Shown here: positions 21,840 to 35,300 of the stretch, piece after piece
Position numbering within the stretch: position 1 is the stretch's first letter
How the letters are laid out: each line of letters opens with the position of its first letter
Source of the DNA: Perkinsus chesapeaki ATCC PRA-425
Taxonomy: Eukaryota > Protista > Perkinsozoa
Direction: 5' to 3'
Length of the DNA: 37,309 nt
Assembly (NCBI GenBank): GCA_013115145.1
Contig: JAAPAO010000348.1
Span: forward strand, 1-37,309
Position numbers and translations under genes: made by a program
The notes under the pieces: generated by a model
Told to the model about the DNA's origin: nothing
The model's input: the letters and a program-made list of their open reading frames with translations, nothing else
Database searches by the model: none

Positions 21840-23176
21840 TTAAAGACGACGACGACTTACAAAAAATGAGTAAATGATACACATAATTAAGACCGGAATT
21901 GAAGCTAATACATTGCTAACATGGCCGAAGTCGGTCAAACAGATAATGTCGTATTAGTCGGCAGCGTTCCTGCCTCACCGAACCCAACGGACGTCGTCGG
22001 TGTAGGCGTAATATCAGTTAAAGCCGTGCTTTGGGCATCGGCTACAGTTTCGGATGTGCTACTCGTTGGAGGCTCAGAGGTAACCGCACCACCAGAAGAT
22101 ATTGTCGTTTCGGTGGCCGGAGATTCCGAGGTACTGCCGAGCGAACTAGCAGCAGTTGTCGAGGCCTCGGATGCTGGCAGGGTTATCAACTTAACTCCTT
22201 CTGTTGTCGTCGTACTAACCTCACCATCGGGAACCGTTGGCGTCGGTGTAGTTGTTTCGCTCAGTGTCAGGCAGTACACTTCCGAGAGCGAACGGTTGCG
22301 GCACTGTTGTGCACGTTCTGTAATAGGGTGGAGGGCGTCACAGCAGGTCTCCATAACTCGCCATATATCACGAATGCACTGAAAGGAAGAACAAATGAAT
22401 CCATCCCTATTACTTCAGGAAATTGCGGACTCGATAGCCCGCCGGTGAGCAGTTAACGAGGCAACCTCACGAGCTGTTCAATACTGCTGCGCTGAATATT
22501 TACAGCAAAACCTCGCAACTTTGGTACGCTCTTAATTGAAAGCAGGGAGTTGCTGGCAAGTTCAGGCCAGATTCAAGGAAGAGAGACTAGCGCGATCGAA
22601 GATCTGCTAGCCCTCCTCGCCACACCGCCACAGTTGATTCATCAAAAGCTAAATTGCGCAAATTAGCAGACACGAAGTTGACGCTCGCCGAGGGGTAATG
22701 CTTACTAGTTGATCAGATGACCAAATACAGGTCTGTGTTTGAGTGCATAGAGTCGCCTCTTTAATCTTGTTGCACACACTGTGCGACTGAATCTCGTTAT
22801 ATATAAAGCTTGAATGGTACTCGCTACTGCTCAATGCCACACCTCGCAAGTCGCTCTTCGGATACATACAGGAGATGCCATCCCACAGGCACTCCGGGAC
22901 AGCCTCACAACCGTCTTGTGAAGTATACCAAAGGCACGAGCGGCATAGTGTCTCATAATAGGTTAGGTCAACAGTGTTAAGTAAAGTAGCATCAACTTGC
23001 GAAAGATATGAGCTGCACTCGCCGCCGTAACCCAGCTCACAGCCGAGACCTTCGATCCACACACAGCCATCAATAGACGACGCCGCAGTGCCACCTATAG
23101 CGGGGCGCTGGCTCCACACTGCTTTGAATGAAACGAGTAACCACAGCAAAGATTCTGGTTGAATAGTAAAACGCAT
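21840..23176 (-). CDS. Cys-rich surface protein with Ser/Thr stalk and C-terminal hydrophobic anchor (paralog 2; exons 23176-22706, 22378-21979, 21904-21840)
   Basis: Signal peptide MRFTIQPESLLWLLVSFKAVWS, Cys domain shared with 18756-19418, stalk ETTTPTPT...TPTPTTSVG. A phase-compatible 74-nt intron (21905-21978) gives the tail FASIPVLIMCIIYSFFVSRRRL*; this last exon is inferred. Confidence 0.8.
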
Positions 23177-23331
23177 CGAAAACTGTGGAATACACGTCAT
23201 GGAACAGACTCGAACGCAATAGGGGATAGTGGAGAAGCAAACAGCATCGCAGGACGAGCTCCGTGCTATTGGAGACCGCAATTTTACGAAAAAAAGATTA
23301 TGAAATCCATCCTTCTACGAAGTGGGACAAC

Positions 23332-26300
23332 TTAGACGAAGCCGAAACCTTCATGCGCCTCGTTAATGGCCTGAAGTAGACACTTAGCAGCTTCCTTCAG
23401 CTCGGCGGCACTTCTCCTACCAGAACTAGCTTTGCCTTTAGTGTTTCACGGTCACCATAGTTTGGCAGATCAAGCTGATTCATGCAAGTGTGGGCTGTGG
23501 GCAGTCTGTCGGCACCGTACCTAATCAACGAAGGATAAGTTACATGTTCTTGGACTAATGAGGGGAACAAGTGATACAAGTAGAGACATGACAATGTGAA
23601 GGGCAACAGGTTTAGCATTATGTAAAATACCCTACGGTGAGGGAATCCCCACCTGGCACGACCGCCACCAGATTGCGAAATAACACAGGTTGTGCTTGCG
23701 AATCTTCACCGTGCAATGACGTTGCGTTTGAATAGTCCAAGGCGCCGCTAACGATTATAGGTGATAGTGACTACATGTAAATATTTTTAATAGTAACCAC
23801 ATACTAGTTGCAATCGGTGTTAGAATTTCTGTCAGTTTTCCGCAGCCGAGTCATACCGTACTTCCGCAGAGTACACACTTTTAATACCGGGGTCTCAAAG
23901 ACTGCACAGAACTTCAACGAGACTCCCTCAAAGTTTTATTCCCACACAAGCAGAGCAGTAAGAAAGTTATAAAGATGCATTTATCTTACGCTCGATGTAT
24001 CGACATTTTTTGAGGGCCCCTCATGCCTTGCAACGCCTTAAAGCCTTCAAGCGGCACCTGACTGCTCCCAGTTACCTAAAGGGGATCATCAACACAAGAG
24101 AAATGATATAGTGTAAAATTACAAACTGGAGGAACATCGCTAACTGCTGTTGACTGAATTCCTCCACAACCGACCACAACCATATCTGAGAACAGCAGAA
24201 ATGCAAACGCGCCATCTGGCTTGACGGAACTCACTATCTGGTCGGAATCCTTTGTGTAGTTTGAGTACAAAGTATTCTCCTTCCAATCCTCCACATCAAT
24301 GGTAGGCAGGCCTGATATGAGCAGCTCCAGCTCTCGGTCATCGAACATTCTCCCAAGAAGGTCACTTGGTATCTGTCACACAAAAGCTGTCCCCCCAGGC
24401 CGATCCTCAGCCTTACCAGTTCGTTAAAGCCCTTAAGGAAGGCGTCCAACTGCGGCCTGACTGCTTGTGTCATTTTATGTTGGCAAACTAGATGAACATA
24501 TTCCTTTTTATTCTCTTCTGTCACTCTTATATTAGAACCATTCGGCTTCAATTCAACCGACCGTATTCTGACGATTAATAGTAGGCACAGCGGAGCGAAG
24601 CAACGTTACCTTCCAAAATCGTCCAAGTCGGTTGTGAAGTTCATATCAGCCGCTACCGCAGCACCTTCCGGAGAGTTGAGATCGGTGTCTGAAAGGAATA
24701 TATGGCAGTCAATTCTCTGTGCCACTAAAGCGAGCTCGCTTCATTCCAAAAGAAACGAATCTTTTCTTCTCGCCGATTCATTAAATTGCCATGAACAGTT
24801 TTAGCATGAAGGAATGCGATATATCCCAACACAGTATCTGTCGTATCATATATTGCGACTATTCTACTTCCTTTCCATTTCGTTCCACACAAAGAGGAAC
24901 GCTTCAGCGGCCAACTCACCAAGTATCCAAAGCATTTGCTTATAGAAATCAGGATCCTCCGATTCCATATCGTGCCAGGATACCTTAAACGAACGAAAAT
25001 GCACAAAAGTCTAGCGGAGCGAAGCAGCCTTATACTGCCCCCTTACCGGCTTCCCTAGCATATGCTTATAGAAACTCCTGGTGAAGTAACAGGCCAGCCT
25101 TTGATTGTCGTAAATCGCCTTGCCGATGAATCTTCCACAGAACTCGAAGAAGGCGAGATGGTCCGGGTTAGCATACGACATGCTATTTGGATGAAAGGTG
25201 GAGCAGTTGCCACCTGCAGGCATTGATCTCATCTAACCAAATAAGCCGTCGCCTACCAGCAGTGCTAAATAACGCATAGTTCGGGTTGAAGATCTCCCTC
25301 GAGAGAATGCCAAACCATTCCCTCACCACGCCTCCCGCATCAACAGCCTCCTCGCCAGAGAACACAATCGAGAGCTTTCCGCGCATCTGAGCAGAATCCG
25401 ATATTTCACGAAAAGCTTAACCATTACCTCCTCAGCGGTCCTCGGCCGCAGCTGGTGGAAGCTGTCCATAAAGACGTGGTTTCTACGGATATTCAAACGA
25501 ATCGGCCGGGCGCCAATTCGCGTGCCTAGAAAGGCAACTGTTCCCAGCACGCTGCTCAACACCAGCATCGCCTACCTCTATTGTTTAGCTCCCAATGGAA
25601 AAACGCTCTCTTATTGTCAAAGTCAACAACATGTGGAGCGATACCTGTCAGAATGATGAATGCTATTGCCCGACGCAGTGAACCTACGTATGATGTTCAT
25701 CAACATTCGAGAGAGGCTATCAGTCGGTCGTTTGATACAAGCATTAACAGGCCTCTTGTGCTTCTCAAGGAACCTCACCAGCTTGCTGATATCTCGCTCA
25801 TAGGGTGACATGCTGGCTTCGGATACCGCCGATAGCGATGCACTACTGGAGCTCCCTGAAGTTATATCTGTGGGATAATGCGGCGATAACGTGAGAATAA
25901 TGTTGAAACACCGGAGTTCCCAATGCATCCTTGATTATCGTAATTGACCTTTCGTCGCTCCGCCGATAGAAGGTATCAGTAATACCAACTTTTGATGTCT
26001 CAAAAAGTCGAACAGTCGTCAAAGTTACACACTGTTCTACAGCCGCTACTCCGTTGATGTTATTCTCTCTTCTGCCGCCTTACGTGCAGTTTCGCGACTT
26101 AACGGTCTCGGCGACCCCGCAGTTGGTGAGCCATCATCCACAGCCCCAGCAGCCGATGATGACGACGACGAAGATGCCACTGAATAGCGCCTCTTGTCAC
26201 CCTCCTGCGCATCTAATAAAACCCGTCAAAAGCATAACTATGCCGCCACTATCAACCCACCAGCCCCCGTCCATGTGCCAAATGCCGACATAAAGGCTTC

Positions 26301-29300
26301 AAGGAGGCCCATTATCCTGTGCAACCTGATTGGTATACGATTGTTGTCATCTGAGTCGGCGGCGGAGGCAGCGTCTGGCTGAGAGGGCTCCTCTACTGGT
26401 GATGTCTCTGTAGAGGAACTAGGAGCCCTGACATACAGTGGTTGCAGACAGAGGAATATTCGGTATTGAGATAGTCGATAAATGATACGAGTATAATACT
26501 AAGTTTTAGGTACCGTACAAGGTATCGTACATTCGGGCGCCGCCAAGATATCGACCGATAGGTATGAAACGGTTAATCGATTTACTGTCATGTTCTCGAT
26601 TCTCAATGTAGTACTAGTGTTTAAAACCTCATTCAACAGAAGGGAGTGAGAAATGTAATAAATACGGATTATTCTATTATTGCGTCGGGCTCTAAACGTG
26701 GCCATTATTTCTCTATACTCCTACTAAGGTGTCACTATATTATCTGTATAAAATCCCATCAATATTGCTGTCTACTGTGCTGTACGATAAATAAGCACCC
26801 AAGCCCTTACTCTTCCTCATTATCCTCCTCTCCATCTACACTAGAGGTTGATGGTGACTCAGGCATCGCACCAACATCACCAGCCTCCCGAGCCCTCAAT
26901 GCCTCTAGCTGCCGCTGGCCCTCTGTTTGTCTCATATCAATGTCATCATAAGGTGCCAGAGCCCCATCAAGCGCCTTCCACAAGTCCAAGAGTCCAGGAT
27001 TGGATGCCGATCCAGAAAGATACCTTGGGAAATTCGTCACTGCGCCACAAAATTAGCCCTCTATCTACTCTGCAAGAGTATTCCTGTACGCTGTATCGCA
27101 CTCCTGGGCAGACAAATGTCGGCACTTATTCCGAGCAACTTGCTTATACGCCCCCACGAACCTCATAAGCCTCTGCCCCTCACGCTGTAGCTTATCATTG
27201 GCATCCTAAAACCCATCGACTAGCATTTCGGACCCACGCACCAGGTCTACCTTAGCGTCCGCTGGTTCCTCCAACAACGCCACAATGGCTTCGGCCAAGC
27301 GACTCAACTCTGCCGCGAGATCTGCCCTCAGCTGGGCGCCATGGGAATCTGTCAATCATTACTCCGTTTAATATATTATAGTATATATTTATAGCTCGCC
27401 ATATGAATAATTCATGATATAAATGTATGCTGTTCCACGATCAATATAGTGGAATGCCTCAAACGCCCTGCGCTTTGCTTACCGCTTTCTGCCAAAGCAA
27501 CCACCACGGCGATTCCCTTGTGCATCATTCTCTCCATGGCGAATGGGTTCATCTAACAGGCCATCATCTACTGCTGTACCATCCACAGTACTACTCACCA
27601 GGTCAACATCTGCACTGATATCATACCGAGGATCCATCCGGGTTGGGTGAGATCGACGATGCAACAGATCCCCCGAGGACGGACCGAAGACATGCTCCAT
27701 GAGTCGCTTAGCCGACTCGGCCGATACATGTTGCATCAACACCCGAGATCGTTGTATAGACTTCTCAACCTAAACCACAATATAAGATTTACCGATAGAC
27801 ACTATAATTCTCCATATTGTGCAGCACTCATTACACCGAATTAACACTTGTCAGTTATATAGTATTACCATCACTAGTATGCAGCAGTTTAATACTAACA
27901 ATGGACTCTTCAACTACATTTTCAATATATCGGCAAAAATGTCTTCATCTGCTCAGAAGACTTTGAGAATTCCCTCGCGTCCCCATGCCAAGGTTGCAAA
28001 TAATACAGCACTAATATCTCGCCGTATATGCGAACCATATACTGAACAAACTATAAGAGAATTACCAAGGCACGGGGGGCCGTCGGAATCGGGATGATCC
28101 CCATGAAGATGTAAATCAGAATCTATGCGCATCTCCATTTCTGAGCGTCAGGTTATCACTAATATCTCAGTAGTTTTACAATTTCTCAACTCATCACAGC
28201 AGAGGGATAATGGGACAAAATATAGGACCGCCGCCGAAGGTATCCTAGGGAGGGAACGATTAATGCCGCTATGCCGCTGATTGAGCTTATAAACATATCC
28301 ACGACTGCAATACTCCATCTCCCTTACCCGCTGTTTTTCCCTCGCCGCTTGGTCAGTATTTGCCCCATCCTCCCGCAGTAGAGCTGCTGCACAGCACATC
28401 ATGCTTAACATCGACCAAAGCGGCTTACTTGCTTTTGGACGGCTCGGAACCAACAATTTCGAAAGCAATAGTACAAGATTCCCCAAAGTCGCCGGTGATA
28501 CATCCAACAGCGGCGAGGACACTGTATCCATCAGAACATCTATTCCAGTGGGGTCTTGTGATGATGATGAGGATGTCACCGAGTGCACCTGAAATGCATG
28601 CATCCCGTCTCAATGCACTCAACATCCCATATAGCATAATAACCTTCATTCCTTATAATACGATCACTGATTTCAAATAGATTTTCGCTGTCAAGATGAC
28701 TACGGACACCAGACATAGAAATTGTGGAGATTCCGTGAACTGGATACCTCTATAAAGGGGGGCTTCCGTACGCTATTTCCACGACAAAGAAGGAAGTGGA
28801 CCAAATGATGCTTGCGGAACAATACGATGGACGAAGAACCAAACTACGCGACCTACCTGATGGGTTAGCCATTCTCTGGAGCTCGGCACCCAGCTGACAA
28901 TAAACTCTATCGCCACCAATAATCTTGATGCCATGGTGCTACGGACAATTGCAGGATCATCCACAGAAGGTGTCTGGGAGAGCTCAACGTCAAGACATAA
29001 CTGGGAGAAATAGCTACCTCTGCTTTGGTGAAGGGAGATCGACTAGGCTCACCGAGAAGCGCAGTACAGGACATCTTGGTTTCAGGGCGACGGTCATCTG
29101 GAAACAACAGACCACAGTCATAAAAAGCACCTTTTAAGAACTTATAGAGGTCTCAATCTCACCAAAACTTTACTATGAGTATATTATCAAAGTTAAAACG
29201 AATTATATTGATGACAAATGAAGGCCCCTTTTGCTGTGTAGATACTCTACTGTGGTATAGAATATCTTGCTGCTTTCTCGCTCGACCTCGGCCCCACAAA

Positions 29301-32300
29301 CTGCACCACGTCCGCGCGCAGTAATTCGAATTCTTCAACGGAGATTGAGATCCGCATTTAACGTTCAATTCTAAAGTTTTCCTTTTAATCTATTCAAATC
29401 ACTTCCTAACCGAATTTCAGCGCAAACGACAGTATAAGGATGAACTCCGCGCAGTAGTGCGTCGATTGCTTCTCCCCGGGCTCACCTATCATCACAGTCT
29501 CCGCCCCCCGTAGCAACTGAAGAAGCATCCTCATAGCCGAACTGAACAGCCTCGATCGCAGAGCTCTATGCAGGCACAGGTGATGGCTGACGAATGGTAG
29601 CATAACTCGCACAGGTTCGATCCCGGCACCCGACAACTTACGTTATTTCGTCCAATTTAGCCTTCAAACCCGGAGGTAGATAGCGCATCCAAAGCAAGCG
29701 TAGCAATGTATCGACGAACTCCGCTGGCATCGGAGGTGGGACCTCGTACTTGTCGTATAGGTGACACCTGATCGTTGGGCAGACACCAATCGTTGGGTAG
29801 ACACCATCATATCACCCCTCAAGCCCCCCCATACCATCTGTTCCCCATCTTACCTTCTCTCGCTGATAGCCGTCTGTTCTTCGCTTTTCCCAACACCACC
29901 ACTAGCCCTTCGCAAACTGTAGGGTCCTCTCCCGCCCAGCAGGTGGCCTCCCCGACTCTGTGAAGCGTCGACTATCCTGCCGCCACTGTCAACCCAATGG
30001 CGGCCTCCGGTCGTCTCCGACCGCTGCAGCACATCAAATAAAAGATTCACAAGAGCTCGGCTTTGACCCCCTACGGGTGGCCCGCCAGCCCCACCAGCTC
30101 TGCTGGCGAACTGCGAGGTGAGGTCGAGCAAGTCCGCAACGTCGCCAGTCGGCAAGTTGAAGACCCGCTGCCCTGGGTCAGGGGCTGTGGCATCGGGGGG
30201 CGCTCCCTGCCAACCGCTTCCAAGGCGGATTCTGACTCGGTTAGAGTCGGGACGGACAGGCATAGCTGTGGGAGCGAGGGGATGCTGCGGAGGCTGCTGA
30301 TGCTGACCGCGACGATGGACGGCTCCAGCACCACCTGGACGAAGGAAGTGTAAAGGTGTTGTTGTAATGATACGTGAGACAAATCAATACTTATAAGCAA
30401 AACCCTTATGATGGATACTACTGGGGCAAAAAGGTATGTCCTATCACTTGGCAGAGAGGTGCCAATAGTGTAATGAGTTTAATCAGCACAATGCTCTATA
30501 TTTATAAGACTATACGATAAATGGATATGCCATTAGAATCCACGGAATATTAAATTCACAAACCTAGAGCATATACAAGTCACCTCTTGGAGTCCTAAAC
30601 CGCTCTATCAAGGGAGATTTAATAATTTACATCAAGAATTGGAGGACACTGTAGATATATTAACACTAAACACGCTGGAAAATAATCGATGCTACTCACC
30701 AGCTTGCTAGGGGCTCTAGGGGCGCGGAAGATCCTATATATGGTAAGGAGTTTCATCAACATATGAACTTATCAGTAAAATTATATTACTCCTTTACCAA
30801 GTAACATTTCTGGCCATTTCCCTTTAGCTCGTCAAAAAACAGCAACAAACGTTCTGCCGCAAGATATCGCCACATGCACAATGGCACAAAGAGCAACCGC
30901 TTCCTGCTTACCTCTGGTGACAGCAGCAGGTGGTGCTCTCCTGGCTGCTGCAGCCATCGCACCAATGCGCATAGCTCCTGCTCTATCGCGAAGTGCCCTA
31001 GCCTCGGCTCGAACCTCCGCCGGAAGAGTCTCCAAAAACTGTGGCGATGCGGTAACGAGGATCTCCTCCCGCAAAGTAGGGTCGGTCAAAGTCGCCAAAA
31101 ACGTTGCATTGTCCATACCCTACAATCATTGCATCACCAAAGTCACGCGCCACGAAATTCCACTTACCTCCTGCTCCTGTGCGACTTCCCCTTCTTCTTG
31201 CTGCTGCTCCCCATCTGCTCGGCTATTCGTTCCCGCTCGCCCCGGATGCTGCTGCTGAAGCCTCCTCAACGTGGCATTATCAATCTGCCCAACATGCTCC
31301 CTGATAATGTCCTCGTGCATGTCCGCCGGCAGGGCCTCCAACACTGTAGCATCTATGCCGGTGGCGTCCAACAACGCTGATGGCTCCACGCCCAGTCTCT
31401 CCGCCGCGGCCATCAGTGCTGGTATCTCAGGCGCTGCACCCGCAACCTCCTCTAGAGTAACTGCCGGTGCGGCGGCCTCCTCGACCGCGGCGTGGCTTTC
31501 GCCACTTGCCGCTTCTTCCGGAGGCTCCTCCAACTCATCACTGATTGGCTGTTCCTCAACAACTGGCACCCCTTCGTGCCCCTCTTCACTGCTCCTCAGC
31601 TCCTCCTCGCCCTCCTCAGATTCCTGACTAGTAGCAGCTGCTTCCTCCGGCATCGACACCTCGGTTAACTCCTCTGGGCTGTTGTCTTCCATCTCAACTG
31701 CCTCCGCCTGAGGCTCCGCTGCCTGCACTACTATCTCTTCCCTCGGCACCTCGTCAACAATTCCCTGCAACCCCGCCATCATCCCATCAACATCAACTCT
31801 GGCCTGCGGAAGCGACTCAATCAACCTTCCAGGAATCCTTCCAGGTGCGCCAGGTAGCCAGACCGCCCGAGCCTGCCCTTCCCCCGCCACCGCTGGTGGG
31901 GGCGGCTGCAGCTGGCTCAGACTGGTCCCTGTATGCGAGCGTGAGATCAAGGGATGCTCCCCCGGCGCCTGGACGTCAAACGACCACAAAGGTTCAATGC
32001 CATCAAATGACACCCTTCGCATCCTCCTTGCCCCTCCCCCTCCTCCTTGGCTCATCTCCCTCACCGCCGAATCAAAGATGCTAAATACCCGCTGGGACGA
32101 GCTGCTACCACCACCCGGCGGACCCGCAGCTGAAATCCATCGAACCTCCGTCCCTCCACCGGCATCAGTCGCCACAACGCCCCGACCACCAGCGCGCGGC
32201 AGAGCCCTCATTCCTCGACCCGGCAGCGGAGCATCGTCCTCGTCGCTTCCACCGATATGGAAAAATGAATCTGACCAAAATTATCTTGGCAGTTCACCTG

Positions 32301-35300
32301 TGGAACTTAGTTACCTTCATCCTCATCATCCTCCTCCTCTTCTAAAAGGCCAACCACAGCATCCTCATAGTCCATCTCCTACACACAGGCGAGTCACCGG
32401 AATGCTTGCAAGCCAATTAAAGCGTTTCTTTTTTTCAATTGCTTTCTATCATATCTCCGCTAGCCTAGACGCTCAAGGACATCGGACCCGCTGACGAAGG
32501 ACTTCCACAAATGCAATGCAGGCAATAATCCCAGCAAGATTTGGGATGTTGGAAATTCACTCGGTTCAAAACCCATGAATTCACGCGCGCCCATTTATTC
32601 CTCTACGTGGCAGACTCCAAGTTGATGATGCCACAAGGCCAGGTAATTCTCCCCGTTCTATCTTCTTCTGGGATAGATATCATTCTTTACTCTACTATAC
32701 ATTCCAACAAGTCTCCAAGCATTAATTTGATCACGCTCAGGCTCAGGACAACGGACGCTCACAGCACACACGTCACAATACGACTAACATCCCCGCCGGA
32801 TGGCCAAGCTACGAGGAAAGTGGGGTATCACTCGATTTCAAGTGACTACGGGAAAAATACGGTATGGTGGGTGATGCCTACCTCAATCTCATCGATCCAT
32901 GTGGGAATGTCCAGTAACGGGTTTTCATCACCGATGAACTCCCCACTAGGCTCAAACAGTTCCTCCTCCTCCTCCTCATCATCATCATCCTCACTAGGCT
33001 GTTCTGAGGACCCACTTGCCTCCGGTGCAGGGGGTGGTGGTGACGGGTCGGACGATGGGATATCTCGCTCCGTACCTGATATAATACTAATCACACAACC
33101 TTGATATCATACTCCAATGGGCCTTGCACAGCTATTCTTAATCCATATAGATTAACTAAGTATAGGGCGCTCCATCTCTCTCTGGACTTCATCAATCCAG
33201 GATTCCGGGAAGAAGCTCCGTCAAGTGACTACGTTCTACAGTGAAATCGATTAGTATAAAATTATCCCATTCGACTAATGCTTCTGTAATTTTCATTATT
33301 ACAACTTTATGTGCTAATCAGACTAATTCAAACCAAACCAGATCAACCAATCATGTTTCCGACAAAGCAACCTCTGTCAAACCTCATCGAAGATATCAAT
33401 TTCGTCATCAGCGATTCGCCCTATACCTCTCCAAGTCCACAATCCCACCCCTTAAATTTCCACTATTTGTTCTGAATATTGCACCGCGCCGATCCCCCAA
33501 GCACTAAGCTTACCTTCCAACGGTGCAACATCCATAGCATCATCCACACTAGATCGATCAGCTTCCTCATCATCGATCACGCTATCCGCCCCGGGCCCCT
33601 GGCCCTCATCACCAGGCTCGCCGTCCAACTCTGTCACGATCTCAACATGAATTTCCCTATCGGGCGCAACAATGGTTGTTGGCTCCGCCGTGCTGTCATC
33701 TTCAGGCACATCAACATTTTCGTGGCGCAGTGACGAATTTGCCGACGACTCTCCCACCGAGCCCGCTCGTCTCGTCCCTCTTTGCGGCGCTGCACTTGCT
33801 CCATCCGGGAACTCCGGTGACCGCGTCAACAACACCAGAGGCTCCAAGACACTCTGAACGAAAAAAACATTCGAAACCGGCGGAGCGAAGCGTCTCATTC
33901 CCACCTCTGCCACAAAAGGACTATATGGCCTTTCTAAATTGAGCTTTGCCAAAGCTTCACCAAGCCAACTTTTAATAGCATCAACCCTCATAGTGTGATA
34001 ACTCTCCACTTCCTCACTGCCAGGCAGCGACATACGGCCATCCAGAACATAGTGATCTTTGCCATCCTTATCGGAGCACTTTGTCAGCTGCATACTATAT
34101 CTGATGTAAAATTAAGTGATTAAAAAAGGCGGAGCGACGCAGTTACATCAGGTAAGCAGCCGCCATCAGCCTTGAAGCTCGTGCCGCCTCCACGGCAGCA
34201 GCAGCAGCCTCACCTTCCACCCTCCGCTTGCTATTCTCATCTGATCCACGTTGTGGCAAATACACATCCACCTTGGGGGGCGCGCAAGAATTGTCCTTCT
34301 TATCATCATCGGCGAAAGCGCTTGACAGCCCCTAAGCGACGAAGACATCCTCGATGCCATTGCCGAGGAGTAGGTGGGATATAATCATATATATAGGTCA
34401 ATGGTCACTATAATGTACTATATCATTTCTCAGCTTTCAACTGCCTGCACATGTTACACTGTAATATTCTACTACAAGCATTATTCCCACATTCTAGATG
34501 ATGACCTTTGTGATTCAACACACAAATATGATAATTGTTAATGTTCAAGCCAAAGACAAGATGAGCTCGTACCATCCAAAATGACCACCTCCGAAAGGGA
34601 TTCGGGGAAAGATGTTATTAGCCTTCTGAGGAGCGGCTGATCATTGAAGATTCCCGTCGTCATTGTCCTCACTCACAATTGTTGAGATCGCATACAGTTG
34701 ACAGCGCCTTAATTTACACTTACCCTCCATAGAACACCGGAAACCTCTTCAACAACAGCTTCGCTCCGCCCTGAATTCAGAACCGCTACAAATAGCCATT
34801 CTTGAGCCATCGCTCCGGCCCATAGACTAGCTTGATGTTGTGTCTCTTGGTCACCAGATACGGCTGATAGGGCATAGAGCCCATCACCTGGAAGAGAGGA
34901 GGGAGCTGGTGGAGGAGACAGAGAACACACGCAAATACGTTAAAAACAGTAATACCAGTCATTGCATTCAGATAAGAAAAACGACAATCGATTGTCATTT
35001 TTTCCAATTTGGCCGACTGAGTCGGCAACAGCAAAATAACTCTTTGTAAGACAGCCAATCAAACTTCGTCACAATAACAACCATCAAACATGCATTATCA
35101 AAGTCAGACAAGAATCCTATCTTCGAACTTACCGATAAAGTCCAACAGGCAGCTACCAGTATTCTCAGCCATCCACGTGAAGCAGTCCTCTCCTCCTTCA
35201 CTGCTCGTCTCATCTTCCCCCCGGTCTACCCGGAACCTCTCCGGGATAGCAGGTTCGAATTTAAGTTTTGGAAGGATATGCTTAGCCTTCACTCCCTGGC

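Noticed and set aside
31006-31017. Additional B-box matches in exons (also near 6165 and 35255)
   Set aside because: They are explained by codons (EVR, VFDS, RFE) and do not match the full CARGTTCGAWYCC pattern or its tail.
32961-32992. (TCC)n(TCA)n microsatellite
   Set aside because: It encodes the acidic DDDDEEEEE tract of the HECT ligase.
34793-34810. Spliced-leader relic (ggctcaag on the minus strand; also accgtagcc near 9196)
   Set aside because: Only 8-9 nt match, both inside exons; no full 22-nt leader.
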